A stretch of DNA of 64,000 bases, taken from the IMG/VR virus record IMGVR_UViG_3300028888_000085, positions 34,608-98,607 of that record. One strand, written 5' to 3'. The notes beneath the pieces are model-generated. The model saw only the letters and a list, made by a program, of their open reading frames with translations, did no database searches and was not told the DNA's origin. The position numbers were made by a program, and so were the translations under genes. This stretch comes from a virus (lineage: Duplodnaviria; Caudoviricetes). Shown one piece after another: positions 28,163 to 39,039 of the stretch. The number at the start of each line of letters is the position of its first letter. Within the stretch, counting starts at the first letter, position 1.

Positions 28163-29848
28163 ATGACAAAGAAAAAAACTGACTTTAGAGATACGTGGGT
28201 TTACACGGGTTATTCCTTAAAACCAGAGCAGTTGGCTGCGTTGGACAAGCTGAGAAAGATGAAGTCTGCCGTCATTGCCCTTGCTTGTGGGATGGGTAAA
28301 ACTTTGGTTTCTTTGCATTATGCAATGGAGCTTTGTGAACGAGGCGTCGATGGGTACAAAGCTCCTGTTCGGTGTATCTTTGCAGTGCCGAAAGCCGCTT
28401 CCATTGCGTATGAACGTGAGTGCGTTACAAAGTTAGGCAAGCCGTATCTTTTGCTTACGGTAAAAAACAAAGATGCCACATGGGAACAGGTTATGAACCA
28501 TGAAATCATAATCGTGGAACACACCTATCTGAAACAGATTGTTCCGGCTTTGTTACGAATTACCGAAACCTTCCCTACGTACCTGTTTATCGACGAAGCA
28601 CACTGCCTTCAGAACGACAAAAGCGAACTGTCAAAGTCGTTATGGTCTGTACGTCAGAAATGTCTTGGTGTGTATTGCCTCACCGGTACTCCGCTCGTAA
28701 ACAGCATTGAGGGACTTTACAATCTGTACCACTTCACGTTTCCTCGTGTGTTCACTTCATGGTTCGCATTTCGTGACCGTTATTGTGTGACAAAAGACCG
28801 TGAGATTTACATGCGTAAAAAGGGTCAGGCGTTCAATCCGTATCAGCAAAAACGCATCATCAAGGAAATCATCGGCTACCAGAATATGGAAGAGCTGAAC
28901 AAGTACATCGACATGCTAACGATAAAAGGCGCAAAGCATTATGATGTCGAATATTCATTCCTGAAAACCACATTGGATGACGAACTTACGGATGCCTATG
29001 TGAGTGCTGCACAGGGTCTCCTGGTGACCAAGGATGAAAAGGACTGGGGAGCAAGACTTCACGATTTGCAGCGTGTCGTTGATGGAAATCCGATAACGGA
29101 TGAGGAAGGAAATACGGTATCGCTCCAGGAAGGTTTCGTCTCAAACAAATTCCGACTGATGGCAGATACGTTAAAGTCGGTTATGGACCGAAACGAAGCG
29201 TGTTTGATTTATGTTGAGTATTTGGAAACTGTTGATCTTGTACGTTCATATATTGAACAACATAAGGATGAATTTGGTGTCAATAGAGTGCATATTCTTT
29301 CCGGAGAAATTCCAGAAAAGACGCGTGCAGAGATTGAGGTCATCATGCAGCCGCGTGATGTCGTCATTATGACTTCGTCTGGAACAGCCTCGCGTAATCT
29401 TCAAAAAGCAAACAACATCATCATGTTCAACACGTCATTCAGTGTCCAGAACGTTATTCAGACAGTTGGCCGGATATGTCGAGTTGATTCAGCATACGAT
29501 CAACAGCATGTTTATCTGCTTGAAGTTGAAGGAACCATTGACTCTTATAAAATCATGCTTTTCAAGGATCACCTAGCTCTTATTGATCGCCTCATGGGTG
29601 AAGAATGTCGCTCTTCTGTAACTTGTGATTATGTCGAGATCGACCGTAGCCGGATGGACTACATTAAGAAGTCTCTGCTATGGCAGAAAGGACTTGGAAA
29701 GACGATAAAAAGTCGTGGTAAAAACGGGAATAAAGCCTCAACTAAAGCAAAGAAAGAAGCAGTCGAAAACACAGAAAACATAAAAGGAGGAAAAGGTCTT
29801 ATAGGTTCGTATAACGATTTTCTTAACGGAAACTGGTCGTTGTCTTAA
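28163..29848 (+). CDS. SNF2-like SF2 helicase/ATPase
   Basis: CGMGKT, IDEAH, LTGTP, QTVGRICR. Confidence 0.85.
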   Translation: MTKKKTDFRDTWVYTGYSLKPEQLAALDKLRKMKSAVIALACGMGKTLVSLHYAMELCERGVDGYKAPVRCIFAVPKAASIAYERECVTKLGKPYLLLTVKNKDATWEQVMNHEIIIVEHTYLKQIVPALLRITETFPTYLFIDEAHCLQNDKSELSKSLWSVRQKCLGVYCLTGTPLVNSIEGLYNLYHFTFPRVFTSWFAFRDRYCVTKDREIYMRKKGQAFNPYQQKRIIKEIIGYQNMEELNKYIDMLTIKGAKHYDVEYSFLKTTLDDELTDAYVSAAQGLLVTKDEKDWGARLHDLQRVVDGNPITDEEGNTVSLQEGFVSNKFRLMADTLKSVMDRNEACLIYVEYLETVDLVRSYIEQHKDEFGVNRVHILSGEIPEKTRAEIEVIMQPRDVVIMTSSGTASRNLQKANNIIMFNTSFSVQNVIQTVGRICRVDSAYDQQHVYLLEVEGTIDSYKIMLFKDHLALIDRLMGEECRSSVTCDYVEIDRSRMDYIKKSLLWQKGLGKTIKSRGKNGNKASTKAKKEAVENTENIKGGKGLIGSYNDFLNGNWSLS

Positions 29849-29924
29849 TTATTGGTTTTTCTTGTATGCCTCCCGGTCATTCGATACGGGTCTTGTATGT
29901 GAGACACTTAAACCTCCATTAGAT

Positions 29925-30025
29925 GTCTCAGAGGTATAGCATTTCTATTGGTGTGATACTTAACAAGTATGACCTGACCAACTACCGCTGTCTCAGAGGT
30001 ATGGCATTTATTATGGGTGTAATAC
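29925..30025 (+). CRISPR. Mini array B: 2 repeats, one 30-nt spacer
   Basis: Repeats 29925-29959 (degenerate, 35 nt) and 29990-30025; spacer TTAACAAGTATGACCTGACCAACTACCGCT. Confidence 0.85.
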
Positions 30026-30224
30026 CTCTAAAACACCCGTAGTAAATGTCATACTGAAGGGAACAGACTAAGTTCTTTACTGAACTATGCATCAACTTTA
30101 AAAAGAAACGTTCTGATACCTCCCCAGTCAGTTCAATTCTGTTGATGCCTTGTCGAGAGGAAGCCGCACTGTCGTAAATGATACTGCGCATCACATCGGC
30201 TCTCATGCTGATGGCTTATAGCAA
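30026..30224 (+). ncRNA. Anti-repeat + omegaRNA-like scaffold B
   Basis: CACCCGTAGTAAATGTCATAC pairs with the repeat; homologous to the other four scaffolds. Confidence 0.85.
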
Positions 30225-30385
30225 TAAATATCAACATGATAACCCTTGAGGTTATCAAAGATGTGTAGGTGTTGCGTTACCATACTAACGCAACCTTTTG
30301 TTTCCTTTGGGAAGGGCAGACTGCACATCTCAAAGGAAATCTTTTTGTCTTATGTCTTCATCTGACTTATTCATTGAGGCTTGCG

Positions 30386-31960
30386 ATGATTTTGTTCAGT
30401 AAAAATAAATCCAATATGACAACTGCAAACAGAACTTTCACAGAAGCACGTGGAGACGGTGGTTCTGAAAGTACATTAGAACTCAACAAACTGTCGTTGA
30501 AAAGCAAGTCATTCTATCGCAGGACTAAACCATGCATTGAAGAGAGCCGTTTAAAGACCGTAGAAAAGCTATTTCGTGAGGGTCTTTGTGATGTCGCAAA
30601 ACAGCAAGGTCAGATTTACGTTGAATTTCCTGCCAGTGCGGGTGAAAGTCTGAAAGGTTTTGAGGCAAAAACAGCGAATGGTCAAACCCGTTTGATTTCA
30701 ACGCAAACCAATCCAGTAAAGTTTGTTGGCGGCGACAGCAATACGTTCTACGACATGATTAACAGAGACGCTTTTGATGACAGCGTGATTGTGGTCGGTA
30801 CCGCATGTTATGACTCGAAAGGTTACGCTGAGGGTGCGACAATTTACTTGTTACAGATATTGGAAGTTGCCTCTGTAAATCAGGTGGATGACAACAAACC
30901 TGATGAAGAACCTAAACAAGCTCAACAAACACAGAGCACCCAGGATGATGCTCTTGCAGCTCAGGCACAAGCAAGTAAAGGTTCGGATAACGCAACCGCA
31001 AATACAGGTAATACAGGTGAAGACGGTAAAAAGGAATCGTTTGTTCGCAGGGACAAGAACGGAAATATGATTCCTTTTAAGATTTTGCGTGCTTATGAGG
31101 CTGATGGCGATAATCAGAGTGCGAACTCAAATACGTCAGAAACTGAAAGCGACTCGAAGTCCTTACTTGAGATGTTTGAAGAAGCCGCTCCTCTGTTCCT
31201 AAAAGGACAGTTTACGCAGGGAATGACTGCGTTGTCAGGCTCTAACTACCAGGCAAAACTCGTTGCATCCATGTCTGCTGTCCGTACAGATAAATTACCA
31301 TGGCTTGGCAGGTGCACATTCTCTGTTGGAACCAACCAGACGACTGATGGTATTCCATGCATTAACATGGTTATTATTCCATGGAACCATGAGTCCCAGT
31401 CAAGTAAAGACGATGCATGGAGTGCATTAAGACCGTTAGCCAATGCAGCCGAATTAGATGACTCTCTTGCCAAGTCCATCGGTAAATCAATGAATGACAA
31501 TGCAGGTGGTTCTGGTACACAGCAGGCAACCCAACAAACGACACAGGGTACGACAGGAAATGCTTTGCTTGATGCCGCAACCGCAAATGGTCAGGATGTC
31601 GTTGCAAAGGCACAGCCACCTGCGAATCAGATACAAGCACAGCAGCAGATGGGTCATAGTCCTGAAACTGAAGACCCGTCACAGGTTCGTACACAATTAC
31701 AACAGATGCAGACTTCGGACAAAGCATCGTATGCTAAAGTTCTTGTGAACCAGATTAAAAGCATTTTTGGCAACTCTGCAGGTACGGACAACATGACTTC
31801 TTATCGTGTTTTTGAGAAATGGCGTGATGTCATCTTTAGTACTGATGCCGACGTGTGTAAAAAGAATGGTCTTCAGCAAATGAAGTCTCAGAGTGACATT
31901 GTGGCAAAGTACACGAGTTTCCGAACGTCCACGAATGCTTCTGCATTCGTTCTGTATTAA
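30386..31960 (+). CDS. Hypothetical Q/T-rich protein, possibly virion-internal
   Basis: Long ORF with low-complexity linkers; start uncertain. Confidence 0.6.
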   Translation: MILFSKNKSNMTTANRTFTEARGDGGSESTLELNKLSLKSKSFYRRTKPCIEESRLKTVEKLFREGLCDVAKQQGQIYVEFPASAGESLKGFEAKTANGQTRLISTQTNPVKFVGGDSNTFYDMINRDAFDDSVIVVGTACYDSKGYAEGATIYLLQILEVASVNQVDDNKPDEEPKQAQQTQSTQDDALAAQAQASKGSDNATANTGNTGEDGKKESFVRRDKNGNMIPFKILRAYEADGDNQSANSNTSETESDSKSLLEMFEEAAPLFLKGQFTQGMTALSGSNYQAKLVASMSAVRTDKLPWLGRCTFSVGTNQTTDGIPCINMVIIPWNHESQSSKDDAWSALRPLANAAELDDSLAKSIGKSMNDNAGGSGTQQATQQTTQGTTGNALLDAATANGQDVVAKAQPPANQIQAQQQMGHSPETEDPSQVRTQLQQMQTSDKASYAKVLVNQIKSIFGNSAGTDNMTSYRVFEKWRDVIFSTDADVCKKNGLQQMKSQSDIVAKYTSFRTSTNASAFVLY

Positions 31961-31993
31961 GCAACACAACTTTGGAACATATAGGTAACTGAA

Positions 31994-32221
31994 ATGAACG
32001 TAATAAAAAGCATTTATATGGTGTTCACTATCCTTGTTTGCGCTGTACTTCTTGCTTTGTTCTACGGAAACGATACGACGCAAGCACAACCTTTACCTCA
32101 AGAAACCTCAACAGTTTCAGATATGGTAGAATCTCATACTTCAGTGATGAACTCTTCCACTGTTGCAGAGAAACAAGATTCGCTAAAGAATGGTACTTTG
32201 TATTCTGCTTTCAACAAATGA
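31994..32221 (+). CDS. Small membrane-anchored protein
   Basis: N-terminal hydrophobic helix. Confidence 0.5.
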   Translation: MNVIKSIYMVFTILVCAVLLALFYGNDTTQAQPLPQETSTVSDMVESHTSVMNSSTVAEKQDSLKNGTLYSAFNK

Positions 32222-32282
32222 AAAAGTAAGCAGTAGCATTCTTATGGCTGTTAAAAGCCAGTTACTGTTACTGCAAAGAGCT

Positions 32283-33143
32283 TCACAGAACATCAAGACA
32301 CGAAGCAATCTCTGGAGGTATGAACTCAGTTCCACCATGCATCCATTCATCCTGACACATATAGAATGAGTCTATAAGAAGTGCTTTGTAACGCATCATG
32401 TCTGTGTTGTAAATGTCGAAGAACTGTTCAAGTTTTCGCAGATTAGGGTCTTGTGACCCGCGTCTCATACGAATCAGCCAGTCTTCCCATGATTTGGTGA
32501 AATAATGGTTAATCCATACGTTGCCTGTGTCTAATTCCTGTGCATGTGGCTTGCTCGGCTGTATCTGGTCTTCTCTCATTGCACGCTGGATGCAGAAGAA
32601 CTTGTACGGTCTTGAAACATTGACGACCGATTTACACAGCATATCGTGTTCTCTGTATTCCCAGTGTTTGTATGCTTGTACGGTAGGTACGTTTGGAGCA
32701 TAGATGTGACCGTCTGCATTGAAGTTTCGCAATACGATGTATGAAAACCAATCGCCGGTTTCACGGGCTTTTGTGTTCAAGTCGAACATCCAGTTGTTGA
32801 GTGTGTACCCATCTTTAAACATCAGGAACTCATCCGTGTCAAGAAACACACACCATTCGTCTTTATGTGGCTGTACCAATCCAGTAGAGAAGAACCTGTT
32901 GTACATCCATACCTGACGCCACGGGGTGTAATTTTTCGGCTCATCGATGATTCCGAAGTCTTCCATGCGGTGAAGCGATAACGTCTTCGTCTGTATGTAT
33001 TTGTCAAGAAGCTCACGATGGCTTGAAGAGTTGAAATCTTCGACCACGTATATGTGGTCGAAGCCTAGGTTCAGATGGTGTTCAAGCCATTCTGGCAGGT
33101 AGCGGTGTTCGTCTTTGACGTTAATCAGTATGGAACGGTACAT
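32283..33143 (-). CDS. GT-A fold glycosyltransferase (GT2/GT92-like)
   Basis: VKDEHRYLPEWLEHHLNLGFDHIYV, FLDTDEFL (DxD), INHYFTKS. Confidence 0.8.
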   Translation of the reverse strand: MYRSILINVKDEHRYLPEWLEHHLNLGFDHIYVVEDFNSSSHRELLDKYIQTKTLSLHRMEDFGIIDEPKNYTPWRQVWMYNRFFSTGLVQPHKDEWCVFLDTDEFLMFKDGYTLNNWMFDLNTKARETGDWFSYIVLRNFNADGHIYAPNVPTVQAYKHWEYREHDMLCKSVVNVSRPYKFFCIQRAMREDQIQPSKPHAQELDTGNVWINHYFTKSWEDWLIRMRRGSQDPNLRKLEQFFDIYNTDMMRYKALLIDSFYMCQDEWMHGGTEFIPPEIASCLDVL

Positions 33144-33148
33144 GGTAT

Positions 33149-33346
33149 TTAGGTGTCTTCGATTCGGTTTCTGATGTTCCGAGCGATGATCCAAACCTGA
33201 GCAACGATGTTGTCCATGCTGTAGAGGGCATCCATCTCGGAATGTCTGGCGTTATAGCGTGCAAGAGCTTCTTGCAGCTCACTAGACAGTTTGATTATTT
33301 TCTCAAGGGATTCGAGGTCTTTTTCTTTCTTTGTTTTTTCGTTCAT
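33149..33346 (-). CDS. Small hypothetical protein
   Basis: SD AAGGAG before ATG 33346. Confidence 0.55.
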   Translation of the reverse strand: MNEKTKKEKDLESLEKIIKLSSELQEALARYNARHSEMDALYSMDNIVAQVWIIARNIRNRIEDT

Positions 33347-33510
33347 CGTCTGTCTCCTTATCTGATGTGATGACCGTTTACATCTGCACATTATCACGGA
33401 TTTCATTTTCTTCAGGTGACAGCACCATGCAGAAATTTTGCGTCTCAAATTTTGAGGATTTTGGTATAATATCTATGTAGTAGATACTCTGTGGACGGGA
33501 GATATGCATA

Positions 33511-34386
33511 ATGGCTAAGAAAAAAGACAAAGAACAGAAAACATCGACGAAAGCTGTCAGACAGGTCAAACAGGTTAAACCAACTGAACAGGTGGATGAC
33601 GTATGGTCGCTTGGGAACATGGACAAACACTCGTCTGAGCAGAAAGTGTCAGGTAAAGAGAAATCGACCACTCGAACACGAAAAAAGACGACAAAAGAAC
33701 CTGTGAAGAAATCTTCAAAGACTACCGGACGTAATTCCAAAAAGACGAAACCAGCTGCTGAAAAGAAGTCGTCTCAAAAGAAACCTACGATGCAAGCCGT
33801 TCAAAAAAGCACAAAACGGCAGACGAAGAAAGAGCCGGAGGTTGTGGTTGAAACTCCAGAACAGGTACAGTCGAACGAATTTCCAATCACACCCTCCACA
33901 CCGATTCGCAAGGTTTCCTTTGTCGAAGAGCCTGAAATACAATTTGCAGGACTTGAGCAGGTGTTGTCTGACTTGCCACAGGATGTTGTGGACAACATGC
34001 CTACAATTCAAAGCCGAATCAATGCGTACCTGACGTACTTTTCTGCCATGCGCTTGGGTAGCCTTCCCAGGCTGTTTCGTTTCATTGATGCAGCTGAGCA
34101 GATAATCTTTAATCCGGATGATCTTCTTCATTTAGACTTTGACCAGATAAAGTCCGTTTACAGTGGTGCGAAAGCCACGGCAATGGAAACGCTTGAACAG
34201 GCAAGAAAAGTGACGCAGACCGTACAGACAGAGAATGACAAGAGGGTTGATTCGCTGTATAACATGCTTACCGCCATGTCTCCTGACACGGTTGCACGTA
34301 TGTTAGAGATGGCGACAGAGGCAGAGCGTGAAAATAAAAACAACAAGGAATATACTCAGGATAAAGAACAAGATGACACGGAATGA
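33511..34386 (+). CDS. Hypothetical protein, K-rich N-terminus plus helical domain
   Basis: SD GGGAG; TGGTATAAT extended -10 upstream. Confidence 0.65.
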   Translation: MAKKKDKEQKTSTKAVRQVKQVKPTEQVDDVWSLGNMDKHSSEQKVSGKEKSTTRTRKKTTKEPVKKSSKTTGRNSKKTKPAAEKKSSQKKPTMQAVQKSTKRQTKKEPEVVVETPEQVQSNEFPITPSTPIRKVSFVEEPEIQFAGLEQVLSDLPQDVVDNMPTIQSRINAYLTYFSAMRLGSLPRLFRFIDAAEQIIFNPDDLLHLDFDQIKSVYSGAKATAMETLEQARKVTQTVQTENDKRVDSLYNMLTAMSPDTVARMLEMATEAERENKNNKEYTQDKEQDDTE

Positions 34387-34756
34387 AGAAGTCAGTTTAG
34401 AGCAGATTGAAACACTCATTGAAACACATCCACATGGAGACAAACATCTTGATGCAGTAACTGAAAGAGGCGAAATTCTTGGTGTTCAAACTGGGCGAAA
34501 CAGTAAGAAATGCACTTTATGTGTCAAGTATTACCATTACCCAAAAAGACCTTTACCATGGCGCAATCTTAATGTGTTCACAACAATGTACGATGCTTGT
34601 CATATCATGCTCGGATGTCTTCGTGGTCTGTCCGGCGATGATGAGTTCTACTGCGAAGCCACAATTACCACTCAGAAAGGAAACAGGTTGCCTGGTTTAT
34701 CAAACAAACGTGAGAATGGATTTGAGGATGGAAGGGTTCATTGGAAGTCTGTGTGA
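34373..34756 (+). CDS. Hypothetical protein
   Basis: Start overlaps the previous gene's end. Confidence 0.5.
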   Translation: MTRNEEVSLEQIETLIETHPHGDKHLDAVTERGEILGVQTGRNSKKCTLCVKYYHYPKRPLPWRNLNVFTTMYDACHIMLGCLRGLSGDDEFYCEATITTQKGNRLPGLSNKRENGFEDGRVHWKSV

Positions 34757-35049
34757 GAGGCTTTATTTGGTCAAGGATGACGTAAATGTTGATACGAAAC
34801 ATTGTGATACCTATAAAGAGTTACAGGAATGTGGCTGACCTTGAAGCCCTTATTATGATCTTATTTGGGGTTTTATGTGCCGTGTCCTTTTTCGCGGTTA
34901 TCACAGTCATTACGTTGGTAGTGCGTTGGCTGTCACAGGTTTTGGGATATTCGTATTAAAAGAGAAATTCGTATCAATCGGCGATGTGAAAGCGAACGGA
35001 ATTACGCTTAGTTTCAGTTAGCCTTTTTTTCTGACACATGTGAGGAATT

Positions 35050-35796
35050 ATGCAGCTGTATCAAGGTGATTGTTTAGAGATAATGAAGCAGATTCCTGAC
35101 AATAGTATCGACATGGTGTTGTGTGATTTACCCTATGGAATGACAAACTGCAAATGGGATTGCGTCATTCCATTTGAGGATTTGTGGTCAGCCTACAAAC
35201 GCATTTGCACGAAGAACGCGGCGATTGTCTTGTTCGGTTCTTTTCCATTCTCTGCTTTGCTGGTTACAAGTAATCTTAAAGCATATAAGCATGACTGGAT
35301 ATGGCAAAAGAATGCAGGGTCTAACTTCGGTTGTGTCAAGTATCAGCCAATGAGGGAGCATGAACAGATTATGGTGTTCTGTTATGGGAAACCAGTTTAC
35401 AATCCAATTATGCAGGAACGTGCGGAGAGTGGGAAAGATCGTATTGTTTATAATGTCTTATATAACACTAAGACAGAATGTTATGAGAGTAGTTTGAGAA
35501 ATGAAAAATTGTCAAAACGTCCAGAATTACGCTACCCATCATCCATACAAAAATTTAACCGTGAGCGCGGCTTACATCCGACACAGAAGCCTATTGCTTT
35601 ATGTGAATACCTGATTAAAACCTATACGAATGATGGGATGATTGTGCTGGATAATTGTATGGGGTCTGGAACAACTGGTGTTGCTTGCGTGAACCTTGAT
35701 CGTGATTTTATCGGCATTGAACTGGATAAGCATTATTTCGAGGTTGCAAAGAGTCGAATAGAAAAAGCACAAGAAACCAAGCATACAGTTCCATAA
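35050..35796 (+). CDS. DNA N4-C/N6-A methyltransferase (paralog of 23565-24320)
   Basis: DLPYG, HPTQKP, LDNCMGSGTTG. Confidence 0.92.
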   Translation: MQLYQGDCLEIMKQIPDNSIDMVLCDLPYGMTNCKWDCVIPFEDLWSAYKRICTKNAAIVLFGSFPFSALLVTSNLKAYKHDWIWQKNAGSNFGCVKYQPMREHEQIMVFCYGKPVYNPIMQERAESGKDRIVYNVLYNTKTECYESSLRNEKLSKRPELRYPSSIQKFNRERGLHPTQKPIALCEYLIKTYTNDGMIVLDNCMGSGTTGVACVNLDRDFIGIELDKHYFEVAKSRIEKAQETKHTVP

Positions 35797-35808
35797 AAGT
35801 GAGGAAAT

Positions 35809-36588
35809 ATGACTGTGTTACAGCTTTTTCACGGCAACTGTCTTGACGTGTTACCTGACATTCCGTCTTCGTCTGTTCAGCTGTTCCTGTGTGACCTTCC
35901 ATACGGCGTACTGAACAAGCAAAATCCAAATGCTTCATGGGATAAACCGTTGGACTTGAAAGCTCTTTGGAAAGAAATGAAGCGTATAGGCACACCAAAC
36001 TGTGCCTATGTGTTTTTTGCGTCAGGATTGTTCACGCATGACTTAATCGAAAGTAACAGAAAGGATTTCAAGTACACATTGGTGTGGGATAAGAAAGTAA
36101 CTACCGGGTTTCTAAACGCTAAGAAACAACCATTACGTCGGCATGAGGATATCGTTGTGTTCTATCAGAAGCAATGCAAGTATAATCCTCAGTTCACGAA
36201 AGGAACACCGAGCCATATTCGGGGCGCGAATGCCAAAGACGGAGACAGTGTTTATGGTTCGTACAAGATGCCTAGTACGAAGAAGTTCACAGACGACAAA
36301 TACCCGACTTCAATTATTTGTTTCGAGAAGAACAAACACGTCCTTAAACATCCGACAGAGAAGCCAGTGGGTATTCTTGAATGGTTGGTTAAGACATACA
36401 CTGATGAGGGCGATACCGTCTGTGACCCAACGATGGGTAGCGGAAGTTGCGGTGAAGCGTGCAACAATACCGGACGTAACTTTATCGGTATTGAGATGGA
36501 CAAGGCATGGTACGACTATGCTCAGTTTCGTTTAAACTATCATAACTGTGTTGATGCCTATATGGGAGATAAGAACGATGGGAATTGA
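35809..36588 (+). CDS. DNA N4-C/N6-A methyltransferase
   Basis: DLPYG, HPTEKP, DPTMGSGS. Confidence 0.9.
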   Translation: MTVLQLFHGNCLDVLPDIPSSSVQLFLCDLPYGVLNKQNPNASWDKPLDLKALWKEMKRIGTPNCAYVFFASGLFTHDLIESNRKDFKYTLVWDKKVTTGFLNAKKQPLRRHEDIVVFYQKQCKYNPQFTKGTPSHIRGANAKDGDSVYGSYKMPSTKKFTDDKYPTSIICFEKNKHVLKHPTEKPVGILEWLVKTYTDEGDTVCDPTMGSGSCGEACNNTGRNFIGIEMDKAWYDYAQFRLNYHNCVDAYMGDKNDGN

Positions 36589-38122
36589 CTTTGTACGCAG
36601 CCGTGAATCACATTTGACGATAACGCATGATGCCGTTTACCGAAAACTTTACAAGGTCGTGGAGTCTGAGTCCTTTGCACAAGGCGACCGTGTCCTGGTA
36701 GAGTTGACGAATGGAATGTACGAGCACTGCATTGTTGTTTCATCCGACCCACTCAACTTAGCACCATACGAAAAAAAGCATTACGTAAGTGAGGATAAAA
36801 TGTATCGAGGTACGTTTATTCCAGAGTACTTACGTAAAGGAACCGTAAGTGAAACCGCCGATGGTGCAGGTACGTCTTCATCAGATTCAGGTTCATCTAG
36901 TACAGACACTTCATCCGATTCGGGTTCTGGTGATACAGGTACGGACTCTGCGAGTACATCTGATGGAAGTGATTTCATTCCAAATGCGGATGATATGAAG
37001 GATTTACCCAATCCTAACGATTGGCATGATTACTCACATCTTTATAAGCCATGTACTTGTGCAGATGGATGTGAAGGATGCAAAGGAAAAGATTGTGGAA
37101 AATCCATGCTTGGTCATTGGGGGTACGAACATCTTTACTGTCATTGTCACGATGATGAGGATACACCAACTGACGATATTCCACCGGTTGACCCGGGCGA
37201 CACTCCAGGAACTGGTGATGACGATGAGCCGCCAACTGAGCCTGCTTACCCTGACGTTCCTTGCTTCTGTAAAGTGTGTCATCGAATTTGTTTGTCTGAC
37301 TGCCCTTACACTAAGACTGTGTTTGACCTTGAGCTGCCTGAAAGCATACTTCCTGAGGCATCATCCATTGAAGGTAAAATCGTATTGCCAAAGGCAGCTC
37401 CCTTTGACATGCTGTTCCGTGTTGAATGCGAGGACGACCTTGGAATCGCAAGTCTCGTTGTTGTCGTAAATAAAGGAGAAACAGAGGCTGCCTTCTCTGA
37501 CAGTTTCGATGGTTTGGAAACTGTTGTTCGTGCAAGCTATAACGGAAAAACCGTGGAGAAAAAGGTCACGGTGGCGGAATCTCCATTGGAGTTCGAGTCC
37601 TTTACGTGTGAGACTGAAACCATATCAGTCGGTAAACCACTTGAAATGAAACTGAAGTTTTCACGCCCGGTAACGGAGCAGACAATCGTCCGGCTGTCTG
37701 TTGACCGTCTTATGGTTTGTCCTGAGAGAATTGTGTTCGATGCAGGAGAACAGGAAAAGAGTTTTACGGTGGTTATCTGGGATGACGAAAATGAAATTAC
37801 AGCACATCTTAACGACAAGGAAATTTCATGTCGTGTCGATGAAGAAAAGTTCCCATACACAATAGCGTATGTCACGGCGACCGATGACATTGTTGTCGGC
37901 GAAACGTTTTCCCTTCACGTAATACTTGACAGACCTGTTGACCGTCGTAAAACTCTTTATATCGATGTGTCGGATGATTCCATGATGATGTTCCCTCCGA
38001 CAGCTGTGTTTCAAACAGGTGAAGACGTTGTGACTGTGCAAGGTATGTTTGCTCATGCAGGAACAGGTACTGTAACGTTGACTTTCGGTGAAAGCAGCTT
38101 CACAAAATCGTTGTCTTGTTAA
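36578..38122 (+). CDS. Putative structural protein with Cys/His-rich segment and tandem Ig-like beta repeats
   Basis: S/D-rich linker, C-rich clusters, three similar ~90-aa beta modules. Confidence 0.55.
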   Translation: MGIDFVRSRESHLTITHDAVYRKLYKVVESESFAQGDRVLVELTNGMYEHCIVVSSDPLNLAPYEKKHYVSEDKMYRGTFIPEYLRKGTVSETADGAGTSSSDSGSSSTDTSSDSGSGDTGTDSASTSDGSDFIPNADDMKDLPNPNDWHDYSHLYKPCTCADGCEGCKGKDCGKSMLGHWGYEHLYCHCHDDEDTPTDDIPPVDPGDTPGTGDDDEPPTEPAYPDVPCFCKVCHRICLSDCPYTKTVFDLELPESILPEASSIEGKIVLPKAAPFDMLFRVECEDDLGIASLVVVVNKGETEAAFSDSFDGLETVVRASYNGKTVEKKVTVAESPLEFESFTCETETISVGKPLEMKLKFSRPVTEQTIVRLSVDRLMVCPERIVFDAGEQEKSFTVVIWDDENEITAHLNDKEISCRVDEEKFPYTIAYVTATDDIVVGETFSLHVILDRPVDRRKTLYIDVSDDSMMMFPPTAVFQTGEDVVTVQGMFAHAGTGTVTLTFGESSFTKSLSC

Positions 38123-38211
38123 AGACCTTGGTATATCAAACATTTCGTTGGTTTCGTGTTTCGCCTTAAACACGACAGAAGATTCGCGAAATTTCTGTGA
38201 GGAGAATGATT

Positions 38212-39012
38212 ATGATTCGCAAAAACAACATTCGTAGAGTTAGCAGTATTCGTCGTGAAGAACGTGAAGAGCGTCCTGCACGCCGTACCATCGTAAATTT
38301 CCGTAAAGATGAACGTGAAGAGCGTCCTGCACGCACTGTTCGTCCTGCACTTCGTTTGAAACGTGATGCTCGTGAAGAACGAACGACACGTCCATCCGTT
38401 GGCAATCTCCGCCGTCCTGCACGTCGTTTGGAACGTGATGAAATTATTGCCCGTCGTTCGCTCCGTGCTCGCCGTTATGAAGAAGATGAGAAAGAAGACG
38501 ACAAGGCTGAGAATCTTATCGACACGATGGAAGTTGCAGACATCGTGGACAAAGCTGTCGATGCCCTTAAAGGTTATGACTGTCCTGAAAAAGAATACGA
38601 TGATGAAGAGAAAGAAAATCTTCCTGAGTCGGAAGCTATCTGCATGATGGATGATGCCGAAGTTCCTGTCAAAGTCGATGAAGACGGCGCAAAAATCATT
38701 ATCGACCTGGATGATGAAAACAGCGTTGAAGTTTCTCTGGAACAGCCGGAAGAAGATGTCGATGCCGAACTCGCTGAAAGCCTTGAGGAATATTTCAATC
38801 CTGAAGACGAAGAGGGCGATGATGAGGACAAAAAAGACAAAGATGCTAAAGAATCTTTCCGTCAGCGTAAAATTCGTCGTGATATGGAACAGCGTATGGA
38901 AGCATTCAAACGTCGTCAGGCTTTGGAACGCCGCCGTCAGGCTCTCAAACGTGCTCGCAACGAAGAGCGTAAAGAAGCTCCCCGTCGTCCCGCTCCGAGA
39001 GGCCGTCGGTAA
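38212..39012 (+). CDS. Arg-rich/acidic tripartite protein (putative head core/scaffold)
   Basis: ERPARR repeats at the N-terminus, acidic middle, R-rich C-terminus; SD GAGGAG. Confidence 0.65.
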   Translation: MIRKNNIRRVSSIRREEREERPARRTIVNFRKDEREERPARTVRPALRLKRDAREERTTRPSVGNLRRPARRLERDEIIARRSLRARRYEEDEKEDDKAENLIDTMEVADIVDKAVDALKGYDCPEKEYDDEEKENLPESEAICMMDDAEVPVKVDEDGAKIIIDLDDENSVEVSLEQPEEDVDAELAESLEEYFNPEDEEGDDEDKKDKDAKESFRQRKIRRDMEQRMEAFKRRQALERRRQALKRARNEERKEAPRRPAPRGRR

Positions 39013-39039
39013 TTCCGACACCCTTTTACGGTAAAAATG

